64,000 bases of DNA from an uncultured Candidatus Micrarchaeota archaeon (lineage in GTDB: Archaea; Micrarchaeota; Micrarchaeia; Anstonellales; Bilamarchaeaceae), in the NCBI GenBank assembly GCA_963714085.1, contig OY970229.1:128001-192000 (forward strand), written 5' to 3'. Both the position numbers and the translations under genes were made by a program. Positions 19,729 to 28,308 of the stretch are shown here, piece after piece; position 1 is the stretch's first letter; each line of letters begins with the position of its first letter. The notes beneath the pieces were generated by a model, which did no database searches, was not told where the DNA came from, and saw only the letters and a list, made by a program, of their open reading frames with translations.

Positions 19729-19815
19729 AATCTGACCTCGTTGAAATAATCATTATAACGATGGTATTAAAAATGCAATCTTGTGACGAGCTGCGGCGGA
19801 TTTCAACCCGGGTTT

Positions 19816-20211
19816 TCACGCTTCTATCCTTCCCTTGTCGGCGTCCACTTCGACCCGCATCCCGTCCTTGAGTTCCTTGAAGACGTCCTTCTCGGGCTTG
19901 TCCACCATGGGTATCTTCGAGATTATGGCGCCCACCGCGATTATCGGCTCGGCCGAGACGTTTATTATGGCCGCCGGAGCCTTGCCGTTCTTCGCGAGCT
20001 GGAGCATGACGTACGAGCCGACCGTGGAGCCCTTGCCGTTCGGGAAGACCAGCACCTTGCCTGCGACGTTCTTCCCTTCCAGGGGATGGCCCTTCTCGAT
20101 GATGACGCCGGTCTCCGGGTCCACGCCGCCGAGGAATCCTATCGGCGCGTGGCTGATGAGCGCCTCGCCCGAGGCCTTGCCGCGCGATATGCTCCTGGCC
20201 TTGATGTCCAT
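19816..20211 (-). CDS. Phosphomevalonate dehydratase small subunit (AcnX swivel domain, DUF126)
   Basis: FLGGVDPETG, GKVLVFPNGKGSTVGSY; clustered with AcnX large subunit, UbiD and UbiX. Confidence 0.9.
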   Translation of the reverse strand: MDIKARSISRGKASGEALISHAPIGFLGGVDPETGVIIEKGHPLEGKNVAGKVLVFPNGKGSTVGSYVMLQLAKNGKAPAAIINVSAEPIIAVGAIISKIPMVDKPEKDVFKELKDGMRVEVDADKGRIEA

Positions 20212-20771
20212 CAGTATCCCCTTAGCGCCTTCAGCGCCATCAGGAGCGGGTTGATGGCGAAGATTATGTTGAGCACGACCCATATCGCCGCCACGTCGTG
20301 CTTGTCGTAGTAGTAATCCACGAACGAATACAATGCGATGACCAGACTGCCCACGCCGAGTAACAGCCCGAAGTACAACGGATGCGCGGTGGCATCCGTC
20401 GCGAAACCGGCCCCTACGAGGAGCAGCCCCGCGCTGGACACGATGCCCCATGCGCCGCTATCATATTTTTTGGTCAATCGCAGATAGATTATCCCCACCA
20501 GGGCCGCGCCCAGGAGCACGGCGTATTTGACCACGTCGCTGATCGCCAGGAAGGCGAACATGGAGCCGAGGCTGATGACGATCTCCAGGACGAACAGGGT
20601 CCCCTGCCTGCCCAGGTACGCGCATAGGGTCAGCATGAGCGCCCCGATGACGAACAGTGACCGCTGCAGCAGCGATGCCGGCTCGGAGACCACCCCGATC
20701 AGCAGCAGTATCATCGCGCTTATCCCGATATAAAGAACCAGGATGTCCGTCCCTTTTGGTGTTGGCCTCAT
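20211..20771 (-). CDS. Multi-pass membrane protein inside the mevalonate operon
   Basis: About 6 hydrophobic helices; stop overlaps the next start (TGATG). Confidence 0.8.
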   Translation of the reverse strand: MRPTPKGTDILVLYIGISAMILLLIGVVSEPASLLQRSLFVIGALMLTLCAYLGRQGTLFVLEIVISLGSMFAFLAISDVVKYAVLLGAALVGIIYLRLTKKYDSGAWGIVSSAGLLLVGAGFATDATAHPLYFGLLLGVGSLVIALYSFVDYYYDKHDVAAIWVVLNIIFAINPLLMALKALRGY

Positions 20772-20775
20772 AGAA

Positions 20776-21957
20776 TCACCTGAACAGTATGTCTTCCAGA
20801 TCGCCGAACGCGACCTTCTGCTTGCAGAGGTTCGGGAGGTAGGCGGCCGCCTTGCCGGAGTTCGTGCCGGTCACGACGTGGCCCATCTCCTCCAGCGGGC
20901 AGACCACCATGCAGGTGTCCGCGACTATCAGGCCGCCCGCGCCTTCTATCGCCTTCCTGTAGCCGAGCCTGTCAGCCTCCTTCCTGAGCTTCCCGGACGT
21001 GCACACCCAGAACTCGCAGGTGGGCTTCCTTTCGGAGACGAGCTCCGCGACCTCTTTGATCTCTTCGAGCGATGCGTGCGGGCATCCTATGGTCACCAGA
21101 TCCGGCTTGAGGCCGCTGTCCAGCCCCTTCCTGGAAGCGGACAGGTCCGCCTCCGTGAATTCGATGCGCTGCGCGTCCTGCGCAACGCTCCATTCAGGAG
21201 TGATGCCTTCCATGAAGAACAGCGGCACGGAGCCCGTGGCTGCCATGGACGCGCCCAGGACTTTCAGCATGTGCTCGCCCGCTCTCTTTATCCCGCGGAA
21301 CGCGGGATACTTGTTCTTCGCCATCTTGCCCACTGCGGAACCTATGGCGCCGAAATCCGCCATGGACTTGAGCTCGCAGCGCACGTCAATGAGTACGTCC
21401 GCCACGCGGTTCTCCTCCATATGGAGGCCGTAATACGGCGTCACTCCGCATATGGCCGCAGCCAATGCGCTCGGCCCGCCCTCGCGGTTCGTCCTCGCCC
21501 CGAGCACGGAGTTCGCGAACGCTATGGCGCTGGATTCTGACCATGCCACGTGCTCGCCCTTCCCCGGGCGTATGCCTATGAAATACGGCGCGCAGGTGCA
21601 GGTCTTCATTATGCCCATGCTGGAGTACGCGTCCAGTATGGCTATCTGTTTTTTCGCGAAATCCTCCGGTATCTTCATCTCCCTCCACTGCTCCCTGTCC
21701 ATTCCGGCGGGATTCAGGAACGATGGAACAACGGTCTTCGCGCCCTTGGAGGAGAGATCCTGGAGGTATTCCAATCCAGCGTCTCCGATCGTCTTGTACG
21801 ATACTCCGGCTATCTGGGCGCTGGTGACCGGGATCATTTTTTGCGCGCCGTATATGTTGCCCAGTGCGACGAGGATCTCCATGGACTGCCGTGCGGCCTC
21901 GCCCAGTTCACCGTCATACATCTTCTGCTCTTGCTTCTTTAGGAGCATCGGGTCCAC
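20776..21957 (-). CDS. Phosphomevalonate dehydratase large subunit (AcnX, DUF521)
   Basis: GVSYKTIGDAG, TCTCAPY, WSESSA, GARTNREGGP, GCPHAS, DTCMVV, TNSGKAA. Confidence 0.92.
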   Translation of the reverse strand: MDPMLLKKQEQKMYDGELGEAARQSMEILVALGNIYGAQKMIPVTSAQIAGVSYKTIGDAGLEYLQDLSSKGAKTVVPSFLNPAGMDREQWREMKIPEDFAKKQIAILDAYSSMGIMKTCTCAPYFIGIRPGKGEHVAWSESSAIAFANSVLGARTNREGGPSALAAAICGVTPYYGLHMEENRVADVLIDVRCELKSMADFGAIGSAVGKMAKNKYPAFRGIKRAGEHMLKVLGASMAATGSVPLFFMEGITPEWSVAQDAQRIEFTEADLSASRKGLDSGLKPDLVTIGCPHASLEEIKEVAELVSERKPTCEFWVCTSGKLRKEADRLGYRKAIEGAGGLIVADTCMVVCPLEEMGHVVTGTNSGKAAAYLPNLCKQKVAFGDLEDILFR

Positions 21958-21958
21958 A

Positions 21959-23257
21959 TCAGATATAGCGGCTGGGGTCGACGGCCATCCACCCCGCCTT
22001 GTCGAAGTTCTTGCCGTGCGCCACCAGCGGCTTCGTGGCGTCCACGCCCATCTTCGTGGTCGCGTAGGTGTGCGGGTCCGCGCTCGGGTCCAGCGACGAG
22101 CCCTTCTCGTTCCTCTTTATGAGCAGGGACTTGTCCGCTTGCACCCTTGTCGCGATCGCCCATTCCACGGACGAGGGGTCGTAGATGTCTATGTCTTCGT
22201 CCACTATCACCACGTGCTTGAGGGACTTGTGGCCGTGGAACGCGGCCTCTATGGCCTTCCTGCCGTCGTCGTCGCCCCTCTTCCTTATGGAGACCACAGC
22301 GTGGAGCCAGGAGCACCCGCCCGGGGTGATGTTGACGCCCCTGCAGTCGCAGACCTTGCCCACTTCGTTGAATATCGTCGGCTCCCTCGGCATGCCCATG
22401 AGGAGCTTGTGCTCCAGGGCGCCGGGAAGCAATGCGTGGAATATCGGGTCCTTGCGGTGATGCATCTTCGTTATCTTCATGACCTGCTGCTTGCGCACTA
22501 TGTCATAGGTCTCCGTGAGGTCTATGAACGGCCCCTCGTCCGCCAGCTCGTTCGTTATCCTCCCCTCGAACGCGAACTCCGCATCGGCCGGGACCTCTAT
22601 GCCGTTGCCCAGGCGCACTGTGCTCACCGGCGCGAGCGAGTTTGCGACCTGGAGCTCGTCCTTCCCCAGCTCCGTGGACGTCGCCCCTGCGAGGAGCACG
22701 TTTATCGGAGCGCCCACCACGAACGCGACGTCGAGCTCGCCGCCCGACCTTTTCAGGTATTCAGCCAGGTGCCTGGGCAGTATCCTCATGACGACCCTGT
22801 CCTTCCCTATCACCATCATCCTGTGGAAGGAGCAGTTCCTGCCCAGCCCGCTGTCGTTGGCGATCACGACCGCGGACGCGAAATACGGGCCGCCGTCCTT
22901 TTCGGCATGGAACGGAATCGGGAGCTTGCCCAGATCGACCTCTTTCTCGGTCACTTCGAGCACCGGGCCGGTGGAGACGACTTTCGGATTCGTCGGATTT
23001 TTTATCGCTTCCGCGAGCCTTGGCATGAGCTCCTTCTCCTTTATGCCCAGGTATCTGCACACCAGCGCGCGCGTGGAGAATAAATTCCCCGCGACCCTCG
23101 CGCCGGGATTCTCGGCTATCTTGTCGGTGTAGACCGGCCTTCCGTCCAGGGCCTTGAGCACGCCTGCGAGCTCCAGCCGCTTCGACACCGGTTTTTTTAG
23201 CTCCACGAGCGTCTTCTCCTTCCTCAGGAGGTCTATGAAATCGCGGAACGACATCAT
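21959..23257 (-). CDS. ubiD: UbiD-family decarboxylase, likely anhydromevalonate phosphate decarboxylase
   Basis: KDGGPY, EGPFIDLTETYD, VDEDID, VEWAIATR, SSLDPS, KMGVDAT. Confidence 0.92.
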   Translation of the reverse strand: MMSFRDFIDLLRKEKTLVELKKPVSKRLELAGVLKALDGRPVYTDKIAENPGARVAGNLFSTRALVCRYLGIKEKELMPRLAEAIKNPTNPKVVSTGPVLEVTEKEVDLGKLPIPFHAEKDGGPYFASAVVIANDSGLGRNCSFHRMMVIGKDRVVMRILPRHLAEYLKRSGGELDVAFVVGAPINVLLAGATSTELGKDELQVANSLAPVSTVRLGNGIEVPADAEFAFEGRITNELADEGPFIDLTETYDIVRKQQVMKITKMHHRKDPIFHALLPGALEHKLLMGMPREPTIFNEVGKVCDCRGVNITPGGCSWLHAVVSIRKRGDDDGRKAIEAAFHGHKSLKHVVIVDEDIDIYDPSSVEWAIATRVQADKSLLIKRNEKGSSLDPSADPHTYATTKMGVDATKPLVAHGKNFDKAGWMAVDPSRYI

Positions 23258-23787
23258 GCTTTCCACCTCTTTCCGATGCTGTGCTTGATACCGAGCTGGT
23301 CCAGCACGCGCGCCACCATGAAATCGAGCAGGTCATCTACATCCTTCGGCTTGCCGTAGAAGCCCGGCGACGCGGGCATTATGACCCCGCCTGCGAGCGT
23401 GACTGTCTCCATGTTCCTTATGGTTATGAGCGAATAAGGCGTGTCCCTCACCACGAGTATGAGCTTCCTCCGCTCCTTGAGGCAGACCTCGGCCGCGCGG
23501 GTTATCAGCGAGTTGCCCACTCCGTTCGCGATCTCGCCCAGGGTCTTGAGCGAGCACGGGCAGACCACCATGGCGTCCGGCGGGTTGGAGCCGGAGGCGT
23601 AGGGGCAGCTGAAATCCCTTTCCCCATAATCCGCCCTGGGGAGGGCCACGCCTTCGGCCTTGGCGACCTCCTTCGCCCCTGAGCTGACCACGACCGAAAC
23701 GTCCTGCTTCAGGGCTTTCAACGACCCGAGCAGCGACACCCCGTAAGGAAGGCCTGACGCTCCCGTGATTGCGAGAAGTATCTTCAT
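23254..23787 (-). CDS. ubiX: Flavin prenyltransferase
   Basis: ITGASG, ASGS, PCSLKTL, RAAEVCLKERR, PASPGFY. Confidence 0.95.
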   Translation of the reverse strand: MKILLAITGASGLPYGVSLLGSLKALKQDVSVVVSSGAKEVAKAEGVALPRADYGERDFSCPYASGSNPPDAMVVCPCSLKTLGEIANGVGNSLITRAAEVCLKERRKLILVVRDTPYSLITIRNMETVTLAGGVIMPASPGFYGKPKDVDDLLDFMVARVLDQLGIKHSIGKRWKA

Positions 23788-23840
23788 GACTGTTTTCTGC
23801 CTCAGAAGGCTTAAAAAAACCCCTTTTGCATGCTTATTCC

Positions 23841-24596
23841 ATGAAACTGCTCAAACTGGGGGGCTCTGTGATAACCCGGAAGTCGGGATGGCGCGAGGCG
23901 GACCTCAAGGCGATAGAGGCGCTGGCGGACGTCGTGGCCTCGGCATGGAAGAAGTCCGAGCGCGACTGGGTGCTCGTGCACGGGGCAGGCTCGTTCGGCC
24001 ACCCGCTGGTCGTCAAGTACGGCATCAACGACGGCGTGAAGAACGCTGCGCAGAAGCTCGGGTTCGCGATGACGCACGAGGCATGCTCGGAATTGTCCGT
24101 GCTCGTCGTCGGAACGCTCAACAGCGCCGGAATGCCCGCGGTGCCGGTTCCGCCCGCCATGGTGATAACCTCCAAGAACAGGCGCATACACTCATTCAAC
24201 ACGAAAGTGGTCGACGATTACCTGAAATCCGGGTACGTGCCAGTGCTTTTCGGGGACATGGTCCCCGACATAGAGCTCGGCGGCTCGGTGTGCTCCGGGG
24301 ACCAGATAATATCCTACCTGGGCAAGGCTGCGGAGCGCATACTCCTAGCCACGAACGTGGACGGGGTGCTCGACGACAAGGGAAAGGTCATTGAGCAGAT
24401 AACGGGCAGGAACTTCGCGGACGTCTCGCGGCATTTCAAGTCCGCGGAAGGCGACGTCACCGGGGCAATGGCAGGCAAGATAAAGGAATTGCTCGAGCTT
24501 GATACTCCTTCTTACGTGGTCAACGGGCTGAAGCCTGAGCGCGTGGAGGCGCTCATGCTCGGGAAGAGGGCGGTCTGCACCGAGATAAGGAAATGA
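23841..24596 (+). CDS. ipk: Isopentenyl phosphate kinase
   Basis: KLGGSVIT.K, VHGAGSFGH, PVLFGD, SGD, DVTGAM.GK. Confidence 0.92.
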   Translation: MKLLKLGGSVITRKSGWREADLKAIEALADVVASAWKKSERDWVLVHGAGSFGHPLVVKYGINDGVKNAAQKLGFAMTHEACSELSVLVVGTLNSAGMPAVPVPPAMVITSKNRRIHSFNTKVVDDYLKSGYVPVLFGDMVPDIELGGSVCSGDQIISYLGKAAERILLATNVDGVLDDKGKVIEQITGRNFADVSRHFKSAEGDVTGAMAGKIKELLELDTPSYVVNGLKPERVEALMLGKRAVCTEIRK

Positions 24597-24635
24597 TGAA
24601 CACAAAATGTAATCATTTATAAGATAATCCCATCA
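24553..24635 (+). repeat. 83-bp direct repeat, copy 1 (IPK 3' end plus TATA promoter)
   Basis: 79/83 identical to 25989-26071. Confidence 0.95.
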
Positions 24636-24646
24636 TAACTTTTTTC

Positions 24647-25981
24647 ATGCCAGAGACAGCAACCGCCAGGGTTATTTTTGCGCCTAAGGCCAGCCGCGCT
24701 GTCCCGCCCAGGCGCTGCAAGCCGCATTTCTTCGCATGCCAGACAGAGGGCATACGCAAGCAGCCAAGGGGCGCCGGCAAAACCCGCAGGAAAGCCCTTC
24801 TGAACAGCGAGCTGGCAGGCCTCTGGGAGTTCGCTAAGAAGAGAAAGGCGACCATCTCGAAGAAAGAGGAGGCGGAGATGTTCGGGATATACCTGCGCGT
24901 GGTCAGGCGCATGCAGGAGCTGAAGCATCTGCGGGAAAGGTGGAACGGACCCGTGAAACAGGAGCTCGTGCGCCTTTCCGAGGCGAAGGAGCTTGCGGAG
25001 AGGGTGGTCGCGAGCAGAGGGGACATGAGATACCTCAGGGAACTCGCTGCAGAGAAGAGGCGGTCGCTCGAGAAAGAGGAGGAATACGCCGTCTTCCGGA
25101 TTTATAGGCGGGTGCTCCCCCGCATGATGAACCTCGGGAAGGGAGGCATTGCAGCGAACGCGGAACACGGACTCGTGGCTCAGGAGATGGAGCGGCTTTC
25201 CGAGGCGAAAAGGCTTGCCGAGACCATAATCATCCAGACCATGGAAAAGCAGTTCTGGATGACAGCCAAATACGTGATCCACCCCTCGGTCATAGAAAAA
25301 TCAGACCTCGTTCAGGAGGCCTGCATGGCTGTAGTAAGAAGAGCTATGCGCACCTTTGACCCTGACCAGGACTGCAGAATCTCCACGTACTGCCAGTTAG
25401 GGATAACGCGGGCCATGAAACGCGCGGTTCAGAATCAGGGGAAGACCATCAGGATCCCGTGCAATACGTACACCATAAGCGCCAAGGTCAACAGAGCTTA
25501 CATGGAATGCCGCAAATCTGGCTACGAGCCGACCGCGCAGGAGATAGCTGATCTTGCCGGACTCGACCTGAAGAAGGTCGTGAGATGCCTCGAAATGCCG
25601 GATACGCTCAGCATGGACGTTAGGCCAGAGGACAGGCTTGCATTAATCGATACGATTCCGGACAATGGCATGGATCCGCTGGAGACGCTTGTCAACGCTG
25701 AGGTGGGAAGCGTGGTGGAGACGCTCCTTGGGAAACTGAGGCCCGACCAGCGCAGGATATTGTGCATGAGGCAGGGCCTGGGCTGCAAAGAGCACACGTT
25801 GAAGGAGATCGCAGAAGTAGATGGATGCAGCGGCGAGAACATAAGGCAGAAGCTGTTCAAGATAGCGAGAAGGATACGCAATGCGAACAAGGCGCTGCTG
25901 CGCGAGTACCAGGGCTATGGCCCCGATGACGAAGCGCCATCCCATGAACCCGGAGAGCAGGCCAGCGCCGGGCAGCGGTAG
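24647..25981 (+). CDS. Sigma-70 family (RpoD/RpoS-like) protein
   Basis: DLVQEA, FDPDQDCRISTY, QGKTIRIP, EPTAQEIA, HTLKEIA...ENIRQ (regions 2-4). Confidence 0.88.
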   Translation: MPETATARVIFAPKASRAVPPRRCKPHFFACQTEGIRKQPRGAGKTRRKALLNSELAGLWEFAKKRKATISKKEEAEMFGIYLRVVRRMQELKHLRERWNGPVKQELVRLSEAKELAERVVASRGDMRYLRELAAEKRRSLEKEEEYAVFRIYRRVLPRMMNLGKGGIAANAEHGLVAQEMERLSEAKRLAETIIIQTMEKQFWMTAKYVIHPSVIEKSDLVQEACMAVVRRAMRTFDPDQDCRISTYCQLGITRAMKRAVQNQGKTIRIPCNTYTISAKVNRAYMECRKSGYEPTAQEIADLAGLDLKKVVRCLEMPDTLSMDVRPEDRLALIDTIPDNGMDPLETLVNAEVGSVVETLLGKLRPDQRRILCMRQGLGCKEHTLKEIAEVDGCSGENIRQKLFKIARRIRNANKALLREYQGYGPDDEAPSHEPGEQASAGQR

Positions 25982-25988
25982 CCTGCCA

Positions 25989-26071
25989 TCATGCCCGGGA
26001 AGAAGGCGGTCTGCACCGGGATAAGGAAATGACGAACACAAAATGTAATCATTTATAAGATAATCCCATCA
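25989..26071 (+). repeat. 83-bp direct repeat, copy 2
   Basis: Copy of the IPK 3' end plus promoter, located between the two sigma genes. Confidence 0.95.
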
Positions 26072-26082
26072 AATGAATTCTC

Positions 26083-27426
26083 ATGCTCGCAGCAGAAACG
26101 GCCAGGCGCACTCATATCCAATCAGCCGGCACGGCCCGTCCTGGACGCAAAGCATTGAGGCTCGTCGCGTGCGAGACGGAGACGATCCGCAAGCATCCAG
26201 CCAACATCAACGGGGCCCGCGGGAAGCCGCTGTCTGCGAAGGAGATGAGATACCTCGAAAGGCTCGCTGCAGAAAGGAAGGAGGTCATCGGGAAAAAGGA
26301 TGAGGCCGAGGTATCCGCGATATACCTGCGCGTGGTCTGGCGCATGGAGGAGCTGCAGGCGAAGCGGGCCACCAGGGCCGTGAGACTCGAACTCGAGCAG
26401 CTCTCCAATGCCAAGGGGCTTGCCGAGGGAATGGTCGTGAACGAGGCCGAGCTGCGGCAGCTCCGGGAAATCGCGGCGGAGAGGGCCAAGACGCTCGAGC
26501 CAGGAGTGGAACGGTACATCTGCACCATCTATCGGCGCGTGCACCCCCGCCTCATGAGTCTCAAGGAGGTCAACGAGGCGCAGAAAAAGATACCCGGGCA
26601 GCAGGGCTGCAAGGCCGAAAAGGAGCCCGGGCTCATCGAACGGGAGATCAAACGGCTCGCAGAGCCGAAGAGGCTTGTCGAGGATATAGTCACCACCGGG
26701 TTGAACGCGTTATTCTATGACAGGGCCCGGCGCATCTTAAGGTACCCTGATTCCATAGAGCGGTGCGATCTCGTCAATGAAACCAAGATTGCTGTCATAA
26801 ATAACGTCATGCCCCGTTTTGATCCGACCCTCGGTTACAGGCTGTCCACGTACTGCAACTTGCCGATGAACCGGGTCATGGTACGCTACGTACAGACTCA
26901 TAAGAGGGATATCAGGTGGCCGGTCTACATATGCGAGGCGATAGGCAGGTTGAGCAAGGCTTCGCAACTGCGCCGGAACCTGGAAGGCAGGGAACAGAGC
27001 ATCGAAGAAATAAGGAAAACCACGGATCTCCCCCCGAGCGTGATCGCAGCGTGCATGAGAGCGCCGCAAACGGTCAGCCTGAGCGAAAAGCTGCGCCACG
27101 GTGAAGGGAAGAAGCGGATCGACCGTATCGAGGATACAAGCAGCGTGAATCCGCTGGACGCGGTTTTCGATAGCAAAGCGAAGGATCTGGTGAACGAGTG
27201 CCTCGACGTACTCAGCCCGAGGTATGCGAGGATAATGCGCATGAGATACGGCCAGGACCAGACGCTCGACGCGATCGCTGACCGGGAGGGCATATCAAGA
27301 GAGAGGGTGAGGCAGATACTGGCCAAAGCCTTGAGGACGCTGCGCAGGAAGAATAGGATGAAGCTGTGCGATTTCTACGGGGGCAAACCGCCCTGTTACG
27401 ACCAGCAGGCTAATCTTGAGATGTAG
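26083..27426 (+). CDS. Sigma-70 family (RpoD/RpoS-like) protein, diverged paralogue
   Basis: DLVNE, FDPTLGYRLSTY, DIRWP, LSPR...MRYG..QTLDAIA..EGISRERVRQI..KAL..LR. Confidence 0.88.
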   Translation: MLAAETARRTHIQSAGTARPGRKALRLVACETETIRKHPANINGARGKPLSAKEMRYLERLAAERKEVIGKKDEAEVSAIYLRVVWRMEELQAKRATRAVRLELEQLSNAKGLAEGMVVNEAELRQLREIAAERAKTLEPGVERYICTIYRRVHPRLMSLKEVNEAQKKIPGQQGCKAEKEPGLIEREIKRLAEPKRLVEDIVTTGLNALFYDRARRILRYPDSIERCDLVNETKIAVINNVMPRFDPTLGYRLSTYCNLPMNRVMVRYVQTHKRDIRWPVYICEAIGRLSKASQLRRNLEGREQSIEEIRKTTDLPPSVIAACMRAPQTVSLSEKLRHGEGKKRIDRIEDTSSVNPLDAVFDSKAKDLVNECLDVLSPRYARIMRMRYGQDQTLDAIADREGISRERVRQILAKALRTLRRKNRMKLCDFYGGKPPCYDQQANLEM

Positions 27427-27488
27427 GCGGGCGCTGGAGAGCAGGGCCTGAACCAAAACCATAAATATCACCAGCCAGATAACCGCTC

Positions 27489-28154
27489 ATGAACAAAAAG
27501 GCGCTCGCGTCCATGGGCTGGATAATCCGGACCATGAGCACCGAAGCCGGAAAAAGAAATCCTCCGGTCAACAAGGTGGACAGGATAACCCGCAGCAGCC
27601 CGTTCCGCGCGCTCGTCTTCACGATCCTTTCAGCGAGGACGAAGGACGCGAACACCATCGCCGCGGCGGGAAGGCTGCTCGAAAAAGCACCGACCCCGAA
27701 AGCGCTCGCGCGCATGCAGATAAAGAAAATAGAAAAACTCGTGCATTCTTCCGGATTCTACAGGATGAAGGCCAGGAACCTCTCCGCCATGGCGAAGATG
27801 CTTCTGACGGATTTCAACGGCAAGGTCCCGTCCGATATCGAGAGCCTGGTGCGCCTGCCGGGCGTAGGAAGGAAGACCGCTAACATCTTATTGGTCTATT
27901 CCTTCGGCAAGGACGCCATTCCGGTGGACACCCACGTGCACAGGATAAGCAATAGGCTGGGCATAGTGAGAACGAAGACGCCGGAGAAAACGGAGAAGGC
28001 GCTCATGTCCGCGGTCCCGAAGAGGCTCTGGAAACCGCTAAACCACGCGTTCGTGTCCTACGGCCAGACCATATGCCTGCCCAGGAACCCGAAGTGCAGG
28101 GAGTGCAAACTGAACAGGGTATGCTGGAGAATCGGCGTGCGCTCCGGTATATAA
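27489..28154 (+). CDS. nth: Endonuclease III
   Basis: HhH LPGVGRKTAN, PVDTHVHR, CLPRNPKCRECKLNRVC 4Fe-4S motif. Confidence 0.95.
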   Translation: MNKKALASMGWIIRTMSTEAGKRNPPVNKVDRITRSSPFRALVFTILSARTKDANTIAAAGRLLEKAPTPKALARMQIKKIEKLVHSSGFYRMKARNLSAMAKMLLTDFNGKVPSDIESLVRLPGVGRKTANILLVYSFGKDAIPVDTHVHRISNRLGIVRTKTPEKTEKALMSAVPKRLWKPLNHAFVSYGQTICLPRNPKCRECKLNRVCWRIGVRSGI

Positions 28155-28187
28155 CGGTTTATGCTGAAATCAGACCAGGTGTATAAG

Positions 28188-28304
28188 ATGAAAGTGCCTG
28201 CCAGCCACATAAAGCACATGAAAGACAAAAGGAAGTTCAACGAGAGCAAGGCTTATCTTGAGACGAAGAGGGACATGAACAAGCGCAGGAAGCGCAGGGA
28301 CTGA
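28188..28304 (+). CDS. Putative 38-aa highly basic microprotein
   Basis: MKVPASHIKHMKDKRKFNESKAYLETKRDMNKRRKRRD; AGGTG upstream; not in the ORF track. Confidence 0.5.
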   Translation: MKVPASHIKHMKDKRKFNESKAYLETKRDMNKRRKRRD

Positions 28305-28308
28305 GCAG

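Noticed and set aside
21452..23083. Long antisense ORFs (for example 21452-23083, 14677-16119, 38360-39571, 5370-6491)
   Set aside because: Shadow frames of well-supported genes in GC-rich DNA; no motifs
24647..27426. Bacterial contamination or chimeric assembly explaining the sigma genes
   Set aside because: Both sit behind an archaeal TATA block copied from the ipk flank and share a non-standard architecture; considered unlikely, but only read mapping can exclude it
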